Shown: positions 12,111 to 23,896, counted from the stretch's first letter. The stretch is 64,000 nt of DNA from Octopus sinensis (GCF_006345805.1 NC_043007.1:18352001-18416000); one strand, 5' to 3'. Numbers and translations: made by a program. The notes: a model not told the origin generated them from the letters alone.

Positions 12111-12727
12111 CTTAATTATGATATTAACGGTTTCGAATTTTGGGCACAAGGCTAACAAATTCAGGGGAGAAGTTAAGAAGAAGATGATGACTATGGTGGT
12201 GATAGTGGTGATGATGACAATGATTGTGGTGGTGGTGGTGGTAGGAGGAGGAGACATTGTTATTATCATCATATTCACCATATTTTAATTTTCAAAACAG
12301 AAGTTCTAACCTCCACCACCACCTCCAAAACACGTTTTAACCCTTGGTGCAGTAAAACTTCATCAGACAATAGACACCCCACTTGGTTAGCTAAACCTCA
12401 CATAAGCAGTCTCCATCCTTGACCTTGACATCTGCTACTGTAACAATGAATTCTGTTCTCACAAGTTCACTAACAGCATTCCACCCCGTCAAAAAAACAA
12501 TCCACTTTTCTCATCTTTCATGTTTACGCTACCCTGCTGGTCCATATCCCCACCCCTCTCTCTCTCTCTCTCTCTCTCTCTTGCTTTCTGTCTCTGTCTG
12601 TCTCTTTCTCTCTGTCTCACTGCTTCCCCCTCTTCTGTCTGTCTGTCCTATTCTACATACCTCATGTGGTCTCTCCTTTTGAGAGAAGGGCATTGATCTG
12701 AAACAGTGGTCTTCAGAATGTTTAAAG

Positions 12728-13719
12728 CAGTGGTCCTCAACTATTTTTTTGACCATGGACATCTTTGATTCCTATTTCACTAGGATGGATCCTTATAGCC
12801 ATTTGATATTAAAAAACTCCAATTATATTTTTATCATTAAATATTATTAAGGTTTGTGAAACATAACGTGTCTTGAATGGGACATAAATGCTGAGTGGAC
12901 TATAATAACTGCCTTATTTTAATTATTCATAGTCTGGCACCATCCGAGTGTGATCATCGCCAGAGCAGCTAACTGGCGTTCATGCCGATGGCACGTAAAA
13001 AAGCACCATTCAAGCGTGATCTTACCAGTGTCGCTTTACTGGCACTTGTGCCCATGGCACATGAAAAAACATTTGAGCAAGGTCATTGCCAGTGCCGCTG
13101 GACTGGCTCCTGTGCAGGTGGCATGTAAAAACACCATTTGAGCATGGCCATTGCCAGTACCACCTGACTGGCTCTCATGCCGGTGGCACGTAAAAGCACC
13201 CATTACACTCTCGGAGTGGTTGGCGTTAGGAAGGCCATCCAGTTGTAGAAACTCTGCCACATCAGATTGGAGTCTGGTGCAGCCATCTGGTTCGCCAGTC
13301 CTCAGTCAAATCGTCCAACCCATGCTAACATGGAAAGCAGACGTTAAACGATGATGATGATAATATAATATTTGGGAATATAAAAATTCCTTCTTAAGAC
13401 ATTGATAGGAATTGATCGAATCCTAGCAATATCTGAAGAAGGAATTTTTATATTCCAAAATATTATATCAGACTATGGATGATTAAATTAAAACAGTTAT
13501 TATAGTCCACTCTGCATTGTTGTGCCATTCAAGACATGTTGTATTTCATAAGCAATACACAATGCTTCCAGCAAACTACAATACTCTCCTATTATTAAGG
13601 TTGGATAAAAAAAGTTTAAAATATTTTGTGTATTGTAGAAAGATAACCAATTTATTGTACATAAATTTCAACAACAAAATCTTAAATGAACCCCCAAGAG
13701 TCATATGAACCCCAGTTGA
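12728..13719. mobile_element. Non-autonomous DNA element (CAGTGGTyCTCAAC-type end) carrying nested insertions
   Basis: Left end CAGTGGTCCTCAAC, right end CCCCAGTTGA truncated. 12845-12935 is repeated in inverted form at 13462-13560; an RTE tail sits inside. Confidence 0.45.
12935..13360 (+). mobile_element. RTE 3' UTR-derived repeat
   Basis: Diverged ~60-bp units, conserved terminal motif, (GAT)n tail. Confidence 0.8.
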
Positions 13720-15284
13720 TTTAACCCTTTTGTTACCATATTTCTGTTGAGATGCTCTGAGTTTCTTTCAACTAATTTTAAATATAACAAAGAATTTAAT
13801 AAAATAACTTAGTTATCATTAAGTTTGTGTTAGGAACATAAATTGTGACTAAGTTTTGATAGAAGATTTTAATTCAGAACTTTTGACAACAAGACATTTG
13901 TACCACAAAGCCAGAGGCAGTTTCAGCTTCTGGGTGGAACCATAACATTGCTGATTATAATAGATACAGGACTGCCCTAGGCAAACTGAATTTCAGTGCC
14001 TTGACAAGAGGATTTGACAGGAGCCAAAGGACCATGTCAAGCTCCAGTGTTTTTTTTTGTTTTTTTTGGCATGGTTTCTATGGCTGAATGCTTTTCTTAA
14101 CACTGACAACCTTACAGTGTGTTCTTGGTGGTTTTTACATGGCACTGGCACTCATGAGTTTACCAGGTAACCTGCAAGATGAAACCCACTCAACCGAAGA
14201 TAGTAGAGCATTATATTGAGTGAGGTAGCTTTATGCCATGTGATGTGGGGTCAAAGTATAACAGAGGGACACAAACAGGTGTTTTGCTGTGGAGGAGATA
14301 TGTGGATATTCTAGCAGCAAAAATGAGTGATGGTGGTGGTGGTGGTGGTGATGGCGCAGCTATATAGGGTGTACCCCTCCCCCAAAAAAAATGAATAAAA
14401 TAAAAACAAAAAGCATGGAAGATGAAATGCAAAGTTGATATGAGACTGATTAAAGCTCAGTTTGTAGAAAGGTTATAAGTAAATAATGTGAGACATTTTG
14501 TTTAGTTTTTTACCACTTCCGCCAAATTTCCTTTTTTTTCTGTTTTTTTAAAATCATAATAATAATAATTTGGTAAGAGAAGTCTGTGTTAGAAATTCTT
14601 GTTATGATGACTATATTTCATAGAATAACATAAATAAACAAATAAATGCCATCCTGCTTGATGGTAATGTTGAAGAAAAAAAAAGAGAAAAAAAAACAGG
14701 ATGCAAAACAGAAAGAAAAAAACACAAAATAAAATACAAATAAAATTTCATAATTAAGGAAGAAATTAAATACTTTTCTTAGTTCTGGCATTTACTCTAA
14801 ATTTACAGAATAAATATCACCCTTTACCATTCAGTAACCAGATGTAGTTCCTCTCCTCTCCTTCTTTCTCCCAACTTTTGAAATGGGACTTTCTAGATAC
14901 AGTAATCTCTCTCTCAGCCCCCCCTTCTCTCTTCCTCTCTCCCTCCACTCCCTGAACCCTTTCTCCTCCTCTCTCTCACTTTCTGTTTCTCTCACCTTCT
15001 CTCTTCTGTAGACAGAAATATTTTATGACAACTCTTATTTCTGCATTAATGTTAAATATCTAAATATAAAATCTCAAAATTCTACACAACTGTTACATGT
15101 CTATTAGCTGACTTCATATATGGTGTTTGGTGTTAGATGTCTTTTAACTGTCTACTTATATGTGGTTGGTATCTCCAGAACTGTTACATACTGTTAACTG
15201 TCTACAAATGTAATGTCTAGTGTTTATTCACTTACTAATAATAAAATATATAATTGCGCCCTTTTAAAACCTAGCCAGTTTCAT

Positions 15285-15502
15285 GGGCCCGGTTTCCCAG
15301 TTTCTATGGCGTATGTGTTCCCCAGCTGGTCGGAACGCCAGTCCATCACAGCGTTACTCATTTTTACCAGCTGAGTGGACTGGAGCAACGTGAAATGAAG
15401 TGTTTTGCTCAAGAACACAACGCGTTGCCCAGTCCAGGAATTGCAATCAAAATCTTACGATCATGGTGCTGACACCCTAACCACTAAGCCACGCGCCTCC
15501 AC
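15285..15502 (-). mobile_element. tRNA-derived SINE with CORE/V-like central domain (family C)
   Basis: Reverse complement has tRNA head GGAGGCGCGTGGCTTAGTGGTTAGGGTG and GTGTTCTTGAGCAAAACACTTCATTTCACGTTGCTCCAGTCCACTCAGCTG; related copies at 25172-25410, 29195-29432, 39925-40160. Confidence 0.65.
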
Positions 15503-15630
15503 ATTCCCTTACTACATGTTCATTAAATATTTACATATATGAGGTCTAGTGTCTTCAAAACTGTTACATATCTATAAACTGTCTACATACTATGCCATTT
15601 TAATCCCGAGCAATGCCAAGTATCTCTGCT

Positions 15631-15634
<4 letters not shown>

Positions 15635-15699
<65 letters not shown>

Positions 15700-15727
15700 C
15701 ATATATATATAATATATATAATATATA

Positions 15728-15760
<33 letters not shown>

Positions 15761-15777
15761 AATATATATATATATAA

Positions 15778-15810
<33 letters not shown>

Positions 15811-15811
15811 A

Positions 15812-15848
<37 letters not shown>

Positions 15849-16122
15849 CATACATATATATATATATATAATAATAAATATTAGGGAATGAATCCAAAAT
15901 TACAGGGAAAAATCAGATTTAGGGTTAAATCCAATTTATAGTAAAATATTATATAATATAATTCGAGACAAAACCAGTATTTTAAAACCAAAGAAGGAAA
16001 GACTATATTGATTAAGTCTTTCCTTGTTTGGTTTTAAAATAGTGGTTTTGTCTCGAATTATATTATATATATATATATATATAAATACATATATATATAA
16101 TATATATATATATAATACATAC

Positions 16123-16205
<83 letters not shown>
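15635..16205. repeat. (TA)n/(TACA)n microsatellite block containing a 120-bp hairpin
   Basis: Imperfect (TA)n; inverted arms tataatataattcgagacaaaacc...ggaaagact / agtctttcc...ggttttgtctcgaattatattata at 15949-16068. Confidence 0.85.
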
Positions 16206-16207
<2 letters not shown>

Positions 16208-16210
<3 letters not shown>

Positions 16211-16695
16211 TGAAATTGAAATCAAATTCGATGACTGGTATCCATGCTAGTGGAGAGCTAAGAGCACCATCTGAGCGCGATCGTTGCCAGAGCAGCTAAC
16301 TGGCTTCCCTGCCGGTGGCATGTAAAAAGCACCATTCGAGCGTGATTGTTACCAGCATCACCTTACTGGCACTTGTGCTGGTGGCATGTGAAAAAAAGCA
16401 TTCAAGCAAGGTTGTTGCCAGTGCCAGTGGACTGGCTCCTGTGCAGGTGGCACGTAAAAAACACCATTTGAGTGTGGGTGTTGCCAGTACCGCCTGACTG
16501 GCCCTCGTGCCGGTGGTACGTAAAAGCACCCACTACACTCACGGAGTGGTTGGCGTTAGGAAGGCCATCCAGCTGTAGAAACTCTGCCAGATCAAGATTG
16601 GAGCCTGGTGCAGCCATCTGGTTTGCCAGTCCTCAGTCAAATCGTCCAACCCATGCTAGCATGGAAAGCGGATGTTAAGCAATGATGTTGATGAT
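16208..16695 (+). mobile_element. RTE 3' UTR-derived repeat
   Basis: Closely matches 9845-10280 and 61385-61832. Confidence 0.85.
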
Positions 16696-16792
16696 ACATG
16701 GTGTCCACTGTCTCCACAGCTGTTACAATATGTCCATTAACTGTCTACACATATGGTGTCTACTGTCTTTACGACGCTTAAAATACATACCT

Positions 16793-17140
16793 CTCTTTTA
16801 CTCGTTTCAGTCATTTGAGCACCGCCTTTTGTGAAGCAAATCGACCCCAGGACGTATTCTTTGTAAGCCTAGTACTTATTCTATCAGTCTCTTTTGCCGA
16901 ACTGCTAAGTTACAGGGATGTAAATACACCAGCATCAGTTATCAAGCGATGTTGGGGGGGGGAACAAACACAGACACACAAACACACACACACACACACA
17001 CATATATATATGACAAGCTTCTTTCAGTTCCTGTCTACCAAATCCACTCACAAGGCTTTGGTCAGCCCGAGGCTACAGTAGAAGACACTTGCCCAAGGTG
17101 CCACACAGTGGGACTGAACCCGGAGCCACACAGCCACTCC
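16793..17140 (-). mobile_element. SINE family A
   Basis: Family A motifs with two internal deletions. Confidence 0.75.
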
Positions 17141-18580
17141 TGCACCTGTTTATTTATGTTGTCCAAATGTCACCATAACTGCTAGATCATCTCTATTAAC
17201 TGTCTACTTACTGTTACAACATGTCTATTGGTGTCCAGTGCTTCCACAACTACTGTCCCACTGTACAACACCTTGGGCAAGTGTCTTCTATTATAGCCCC
17301 ACATTGATCGATGCGTTGTGGGTGAATTTGGTAACTGCATAGAAACCTATCATGTATGGGTGTTTGTCTCCACCCAACACTACTAGATCAACCAGTGCTG
17401 ACTTGTATATGCCTTTGTAACTTCATAATTTAGTAAAAGCAACCAATGGAACAAGAACCGGACTTAAAAAGCAAAGTACTAGGGTTGATTTGTTTGACTA
17501 AACCCTTCAAAGTTGTGCCCCAGGATGAGAGTGGTTCAATGATTGAAACAATTAAAACAAAAAAATTGAAGATTTGTTAACTGCCAATATATATGGCATC
17601 TAATGTTTCTACAACTGTCTACATATATGGTGTGTGTGTGCTATCATTATGACTGTTACACCATATCTGTTAAATGTCTGTGGGAATAAGCTCATAATTT
17701 ATCAGCTTTTTCCCTGATAGCACTTATCCTTCTTACCACTGGAACCACTTCACATATCCATCCTTCATTCTTAATACTGTCCTCTCCGCCTGCATTTTAC
17801 ATTGATTACTCTCCTGAGTCACCAAATTATCTCCCTTTCTCTACCACCATACATCTCTCACTCTCCTCAGTCACAACATCTGCCTCCCCCCATTCACTTT
17901 TGCAGCCTACCCAACCACACATCTCTTTCTCTCTCTCTCTCTCTCTCTTCTCTCTCTTTTTCTCATCCATTTGGCAACAAACAGGATAGGGGAAAACATT
18001 CAACATGCTCATATTGCCACATGGCAACTTATACAACAAATCACTGTTCAGCTGAGCATACTTTGATCTTCCATAGAGAGGCGTGGCTTATCTGTGGATT
18101 ACTCCTTGTCAGTCATTTAATTCACCACAGCTACCTGTCATAGGTTAGCTTCATCAGGACTAACCCAGAACTAAACAACAACACCAACAGCTTGACAGAA
18201 TTGTTAGAAATACCAGAAAGAATGCCTTGCAGTATTTCTTTTTGCTTGTTAATTTCTGAGGTCAACTTTACTATACAACCCTCAGGGCTTGATAAAATAA
18301 AGTATCTGTCACATGCCGGAGTTGATGGCTTTGTACCTGAAGTGGCAACAATAAAGTTCACTCTAGCTGTGAACTACTAAATAAATTTCATCCGGGGGGG
18401 GGGGGGGGTGACCGCTGTTATCAACTTATTAATTCAGTCACTATTTCAAGGCCGTACAAACATTCTGTGAATGGGAGATAAAGAAAGCTGAGTAATGAAA
18501 TAAATTTAACATGTGCGTAGGTGTAGTGTGTGTGTATATATAATTATATGTTTGTATGTGTGTATGTATGTATGTTTGTA

Positions 18581-18637
<57 letters not shown>

Positions 18638-19058
18638 ATATATATATGTATATGTATATGTGTGGGTATGTGGGTGTGTACATATATATATATTACATGC
18701 ATATTTATACATACATATATATATATATATATATATTTCATATATATATATATATATGAAGCACTGGAAAATCACCAAATATTGTTTACTTGGAAGTGCG
18801 TTAATTAGATTAATGTAATCTAGCCTATTTATGAGTTCCCTAGTCAATTATGATGAGATACAGTCTATGAAATTACAGTAACACAGTGTAATTTACTTTC
18901 CTTTACTCCTCTGCCACCTCATTTATGTATGATGTATTTGTATATGTATGCAGACAGACACACACACACATTCACTCATGTGTATATGAGTGTGTGTATG
19001 AGAGAGAGCGAGCATTCATACATACCTGCATACATAATTACATACATACATACATACA

Positions 19059-19100
<42 letters not shown>

Positions 19101-19101
<1 letters not shown>

Positions 19102-19319
19102 TATAATATGTGACAATTACTTGGTTGCTATAATAAGACTCCGCGTTTCAGATGTTGGGGTGGAAAACTGCTCCGGCATCTCGTCAGTTCTCGAGGCAAT
19201 AAAAAAAATGTCATTTTTGATTGCCTCGATAACTGACGAGATGCCGGAGCAGTTTTCTGCCCCAACAGCCAAAATTTGGAGTCTTATTATGGCAACCGAA
19301 TAGTTGTCACATATTATAT
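19101..19319. repeat. ~100-bp-arm foldback whose two arms each carry a decayed hammerhead-like motif
   Basis: Arms 19101-19199 and 19219-19319 are reverse complements; each reads (GATAA)CTGACGA GATG..CA(T/G)C(C/T)(G/A)AAA(C/T)..GTC TTAT. Confidence 0.7.
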
Positions 19320-19567
19320 TACAGATAAATTCCACTATTTACATAATATCGATGTTTCATTCATTCTTTTGTTGTCTTACCATTACTATTAATACATATA
19401 TATACATATATATATTTCAGTAAAAACAATTAAGATTCAAGTGAGTTCTGTTGAATTCACATGAATGCAGTACTTAACTTAGATGCACCAGAAATCTATA
19501 TGGTATTAACCATAAGATAATGCAGGGTGATTATAAACAAGAAAAAAGCAACAAAAATGGATCAATA

Positions 19568-19657
19568 TTTCAGTACAATTGTTTCGTACGAAGACCAGCT
19601 TTATTAAGGCTGCAAATATTGCAGCAAATATAAGTGACCCGTACTCATCAGCCAAAA
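19568..19657 (-). ncRNA. Type I hammerhead ribozyme motif
   Basis: UUUUGG CUGAUGA GUACG-(49 nt)-CGUAC GAAAC AAUU GUA|CUGAAA. Intact core, 5-bp stem II base, palindromic stem III ACAAUUGU, stem I with two G-U pairs. Predicted cleavage between 19574 and 19573. Confidence 0.75.
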
Positions 19658-19783
19658 AAACATCTGAGTTCTCCAAACATCTAAGGGGGTGAGGTTACAC
19701 TCCTGAAACATCAGGGATTGTTCTATAAAGATCAGATTTAGATAATAAACGGACTTCCGTTTGTATATATATGTATATATATA

Positions 19784-19836
<53 letters not shown>

Positions 19837-19991
19837 CAGTAAAATAATATGTGACAATTATTCGGTAGCCAAGATAAAACTCTGAGTTTCGGATGCCGAC
19901 GTGGAAATTTCCTCTATTTACATAATATTGAGGTCTCTTTCTTTCTTTTGTTACCTTACCGTTTTTACCAATATATATACATATATATATA

Positions 19992-20053
<62 letters not shown>

Positions 20054-20056
20054 ATA

Positions 20057-20102
<46 letters not shown>

Positions 20103-20105
<3 letters not shown>

Positions 20106-22655
20106 TTGCGCTAAATGAGGATGCAAAGAGAGAGGTTTGGAGATGCCACTATGAAAGTTTGCTGAATAAAGAAAATGAATGGGATAAAGAGAGTCTGCCA
20201 AATGTTGACCCAACAGAGGGACCAGCTATCCGAGTTGGTAGTTCCGTAGTAGCTAAGGCAGTTAGGAGCATGAAGACAGGGAAAGCCCCAGGCCCATCAG
20301 GAATTACTGCAGAGATGCTCAAAATATCTGGCAGTGTCGGCTATAACCTAGTCACCCGTATAGTCAACCAGGTGATACACGAAGGAGTCATACCCAATGA
20401 CTGGTGTAGCAGCATACTAGTCAACTGCTACAAAGGTAAAGGTGATGCCCTGGATACAAATAATTACAGAGGTATCAAGCTGTTGGATCAGGTAATGAAG
20501 GTTACGGAGAGGGTCTTAGCCCAACTAATTAGAGAGAGAGTTAGTTTAGATGAGATGCAGTTTGGGTTTGTCCCAGGGAAAAGCACCACTGATGCTATAT
20601 TCCTGGTAAGGCAGCTGCAGGAGAAATACCTAGCCAAGGATAAGCCCCTGTACCTGGCTTTTGTTGACATGGAGAAAGCCTTTGATAGGGTCCCCCGATC
20701 CCTCATCTGGTGGTCAATGAGGAAACTAGGGATAGATGAATGGCTGGTGAGGGCTGTGCAAGCCATGTACAGAGATGCCGTAAGTAAGGTTAGAGTTGGC
20801 AACATGTACACAGAAGAATTCAAAGTAAGGTTCAAAGTAGAGGTTGGGGTCCACCAGGGTTCAGTACTCAGCCCCCTCCTATTTATCATAGTCCTCCAGG
20901 CAATAACGGAGGAATTCAAGACCGGTTGCCCCTGGGAGCTCCTCTATGCTGACGACCTCGCTCTAATCGCTGAGTCACTATCAGAACTGGAGGAGAAGTT
21001 CCAGGTGTGGAAGGAGGGTTTAGTTAGAATCGAGGGGCCTTAGAGTCAACCTAGCTAAAACCAAAGTACTAATAAGTAGAAAGGTAGAAAACCCACAAAT
21101 ATCATCAGGAAGATGGCCCTGTTCGATCTGTAGAAAAGGTGTATGGTAGAAACTCTATAAGATGTACCCAGTGTAAGCTATGGACACATAAGAGGTGCAG
21201 CAATGTCAAAGGTAGGCTAACTGGGAAGATAGTTTTTGTATGTGGCAGGTGCTCTGGAGCACTGACCTCCGAAAATCTGCAGAAAACAACTTCTGTCACT
21301 TTCCGGGGGGGAAAAACTAGAAGTAGTTGATAGTTTCCGCTATCTAGGTGACCAAGTCAGTAGTGGGGGTGGGTGCGCTGAAAGTGTAACTGCTAGAATA
21401 AGAATAGCCTGGGCAAAGTTTAGGGAGCTCTTACCTCTGCTGGTGACTAAAGGCCTCTCGCTCAGAGTAAAAGGCAGACTGTATGATGCATGTGTACGAA
21501 CAGCTATGCTACATGGCAGTGAAACATGGGCCGTGACTGCTGAGGACATGCGTAAGCTCGTGAGGAACGAAGCCAGTATGCTCCGATGGATGTGTAATGT
21601 CAGTGTACTTACTCGACAGAGCGTTAGTACCTTGAGAGAAATGTTGTACCTAAGAAGCATCAGTTGTTGTGTGCAAGAGAGACGATTGCGCTGGTATGGT
21701 CATGTGGCGAGAATGGATGAAGAGAGGTGTGTGAGAAAGTGCCAATCCCTAGCAGTTGAGGGAACCCGTGGAAGAGGTAGACCCAGGAAAACCTGGGACG
21801 AGGTGGTGAAGCACGACCTTCGGACGTTAGGTCTCACCATGGAAATGACTAGAGACCGAGACCTATGGAAGTATGCTGTGCGTGAGAAGACCCGGCAAGA
21901 CTAGTGAAGCCATAATCCATGGCCCCTACCTGGGACGTAGTCAGTCCACCTGTGCATACCTTCCTTCTTGTGACACTTGTGAAGACCTGTTGAGGCAAGT
22001 GAGAATCGAATCGAATCGTATCAAATCAAATCGAACCAAATCAAAATAGATGAACATCAATGGAATTTGTATCCTTGTGGTACCAGTGCCGGTGGCACAT
22101 AAGAAAACCATCCGAACGTGACCGTAGCCAGTACCGCAATGACTGGCCTCCGTGCTGAGGGCACGTAACAAACACCATCCGAGCGTGGCCGTCCGCCAGC
22201 CTCGTCTAGCACCTGTGTCGGTGACACATAAGAAAACACCATCCGAGCGTGGCCGTCTGCCAGCCTCGTCTGGCACCTGTGTCGGTGGCACATAAAAAAC
22301 ACCATCCGAGCGTGGCCGTCTGCCAGCCTCGTCTGGCACCTGTGTCGGTGGCACATAAAAAAAACACCATCCGAGCGTGGCCGTCTGCCAGCCTCGTCTG
22401 GCACCTGTGTCGGTGGCACATAAAAAACACCATCCGAGCGTGGCCGTCTGCCAGCCTCGTCTGGCGCCTGTGTCGGTGGCACATAAAATCACCCACTACA
22501 CTCTCGGAGTGGTTGGCGTTAGGAAGGGCATCCAGCTGTAGAAACACTGCCACATCTGACTGGCCTGGTGCAGCCTTCGGGCTTCCCAGACCCCAGTTGA
22601 ACCGTCCAACCCATGCTAGCATGGAAAGCGGACGTTAAACGATGATGATGATGAT
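20103..22655 (+). mobile_element. RTE-clade LINE, 5'-truncated, with RT domain, Cys-rich insert, disrupted ORF and 3' UTR
   Basis: RT motifs KAPGPSG, NYRGIKLL, EMQFGF, DMEKAFDRV, GVHQGSVLSPLLF, YADD (20945-20956). RTE C-terminus GTRGRGRPRKTW, stop at 21904. Frameshifts near 21025, 21143, 21305; (GAT)n tail; no endonuclease. Confidence 0.95.
22174..22490 (+). repeat. Five near-identical ~63-bp tandem units in the RTE 3' UTR
   Basis: Unit caccatccgagcgtggccgtctgccagcctcgtctggcacctgtgtcggtggcacataaaaaa. Confidence 0.9.
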
Positions 22656-22657
22656 GA

Positions 22658-22706
<49 letters not shown>

Positions 22707-23084
22707 TATACACACATATACACACATATATATATAGACACACATATATACACATATATATACATATTGCTCAAAATGGGGAGTAGATAGACAGCCGACA
22801 ACTGATGAAGGGTCATCAGTTGTATTACTTGTCCTTTTTTTCTCTTGTTGTTTGCATATTTAACTGTGAGCTATATATTATCAGCTGATCGAATTTCCTT
22901 GTACCTTTGATATAGGAAAAACTGTGTAATCTTCAATGCCAATAAATTGTAATTGTTCCTTATCATACATTGTCTACTTTTTGTTATCTTTACCTACCAC
23001 GGCCTGTTTGAAGTGTACAAACTTCCTACACTCAGATCTCTAGATCTTACCCTTGTATATATATATGTCTTCTTTTTTTTTTTT

Positions 23085-23235
23085 TGCTTGTTTCAGTCAT
23101 TTGACTGCGGCCATGCTGGAGCACCGCCTTTAATCGAGCAACTCGACCCCGGGACTTATTCTTTGTAAGCCCAGTACTTATTCTATCGGTCTCTTTTGCC
23201 GAACCGCTAAGTGACGGGGACATAAACGCACCAAT
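23085..23235 (-). mobile_element. SINE family A, 3' fragment
   Basis: Tail motifs identical to 5596-5760. Confidence 0.75.
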
Positions 23236-23269
23236 GCTATATATATATATATATATATAACAATAAAGG

Positions 23270-23896
23270 GTGAAATTAATTAATTTGGAATAATTATTAA
23301 TTACACCAAGTAGATTTCGGCATGTAAAAGCCTCATTCGAGGAAAATTTAAGTAATACTAAGCAATTAAGGGTTTAGCAACGAATTGCCTCACCACACAC
23401 CGAATTTAGAAATAGCAGTCAAAGAGTTATAGCTATTCTTTCTACTAAAAGGGAGATCTCAGTAAAAACACAGCATTTGAAAGGCAAACACAGACAGGTA
23501 AGAGAGAATGAAATGACGGCAATCTATCATACAATTTTAAGTCACCTACGGACGTACGTTTCGAAATCAAGTTTTAGGGAAAGCATAAGAATTAGATAAT
23601 TCTACCTTACCCAACTTCTTTTCTCATCAGCGTAGGACACTACAATTATGAATAATTGTATATTAAATTTTGAGATACTAGAAGGCATCATCTCAACTCA
23701 GTATCAGAGCGAGCTAAAACCATTACCAGTACCACGAAATTCATTCTCTCTTACCTGTCTGTGTTTGCCTTTCAAATGCTGTGTTTTTACTGAGATCTCC
23801 CTTTTAGTAGAAAGAATAGCTATAACTCTTTGACTGCTATTTCTAAATTCGGTGTGTGGTGAGGCAATTCGTTGCTAAACCCTTAATTGCTTAGTA
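23270..23896. mobile_element. Penelope-like terminal-repeat foldback element with perfect 157-bp inverted repeats
   Basis: 23356-23512 is the exact reverse complement of 23740-23896 on reading; inserted in (TA)n; related to 41670-41975. Penelope affiliation is inferred from the hammerhead and structure. Confidence 0.7.
23545..23636 (-). ncRNA. Type I hammerhead ribozyme motif, fully canonical
   Basis: CCUACG CUGAUGA GAAA-(53 nt)-UUUC GAAAC GUAC GUC|CGUAGG. Perfect 6-bp stem I, intact core, G10.1-C11.1 pair, palindromic stem III ACGUACGU, GUC cleavage triplet (cut between 23551 and 23550). Confidence 0.85.

Noticed and set aside
13497-13590. Protein-like minus-strand exon GEYCSLLEALCIAYEIQHVLNGTTMQ, phase-compatible with 18366-18214
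   Set aside because: 13462-13560 is an inverted copy of 12845-12935 inside a non-autonomous element, and no convincing donor exists.
15600-16299. Poly-IY, poly-HT, poly-D, poly-S and poly-M ORFs here and at 18441-18847, 24009-24430, 29411-29845, 38144-38830, 40232-40882, 52202-52846
   Set aside because: Translations of di-, tri- and tetranucleotide microsatellites.
18394-18408. G15 run, and the C-rich tract 47260-47365, as G-quadruplex elements
   Set aside because: Composition alone in a low-complexity genome; no contextual support.
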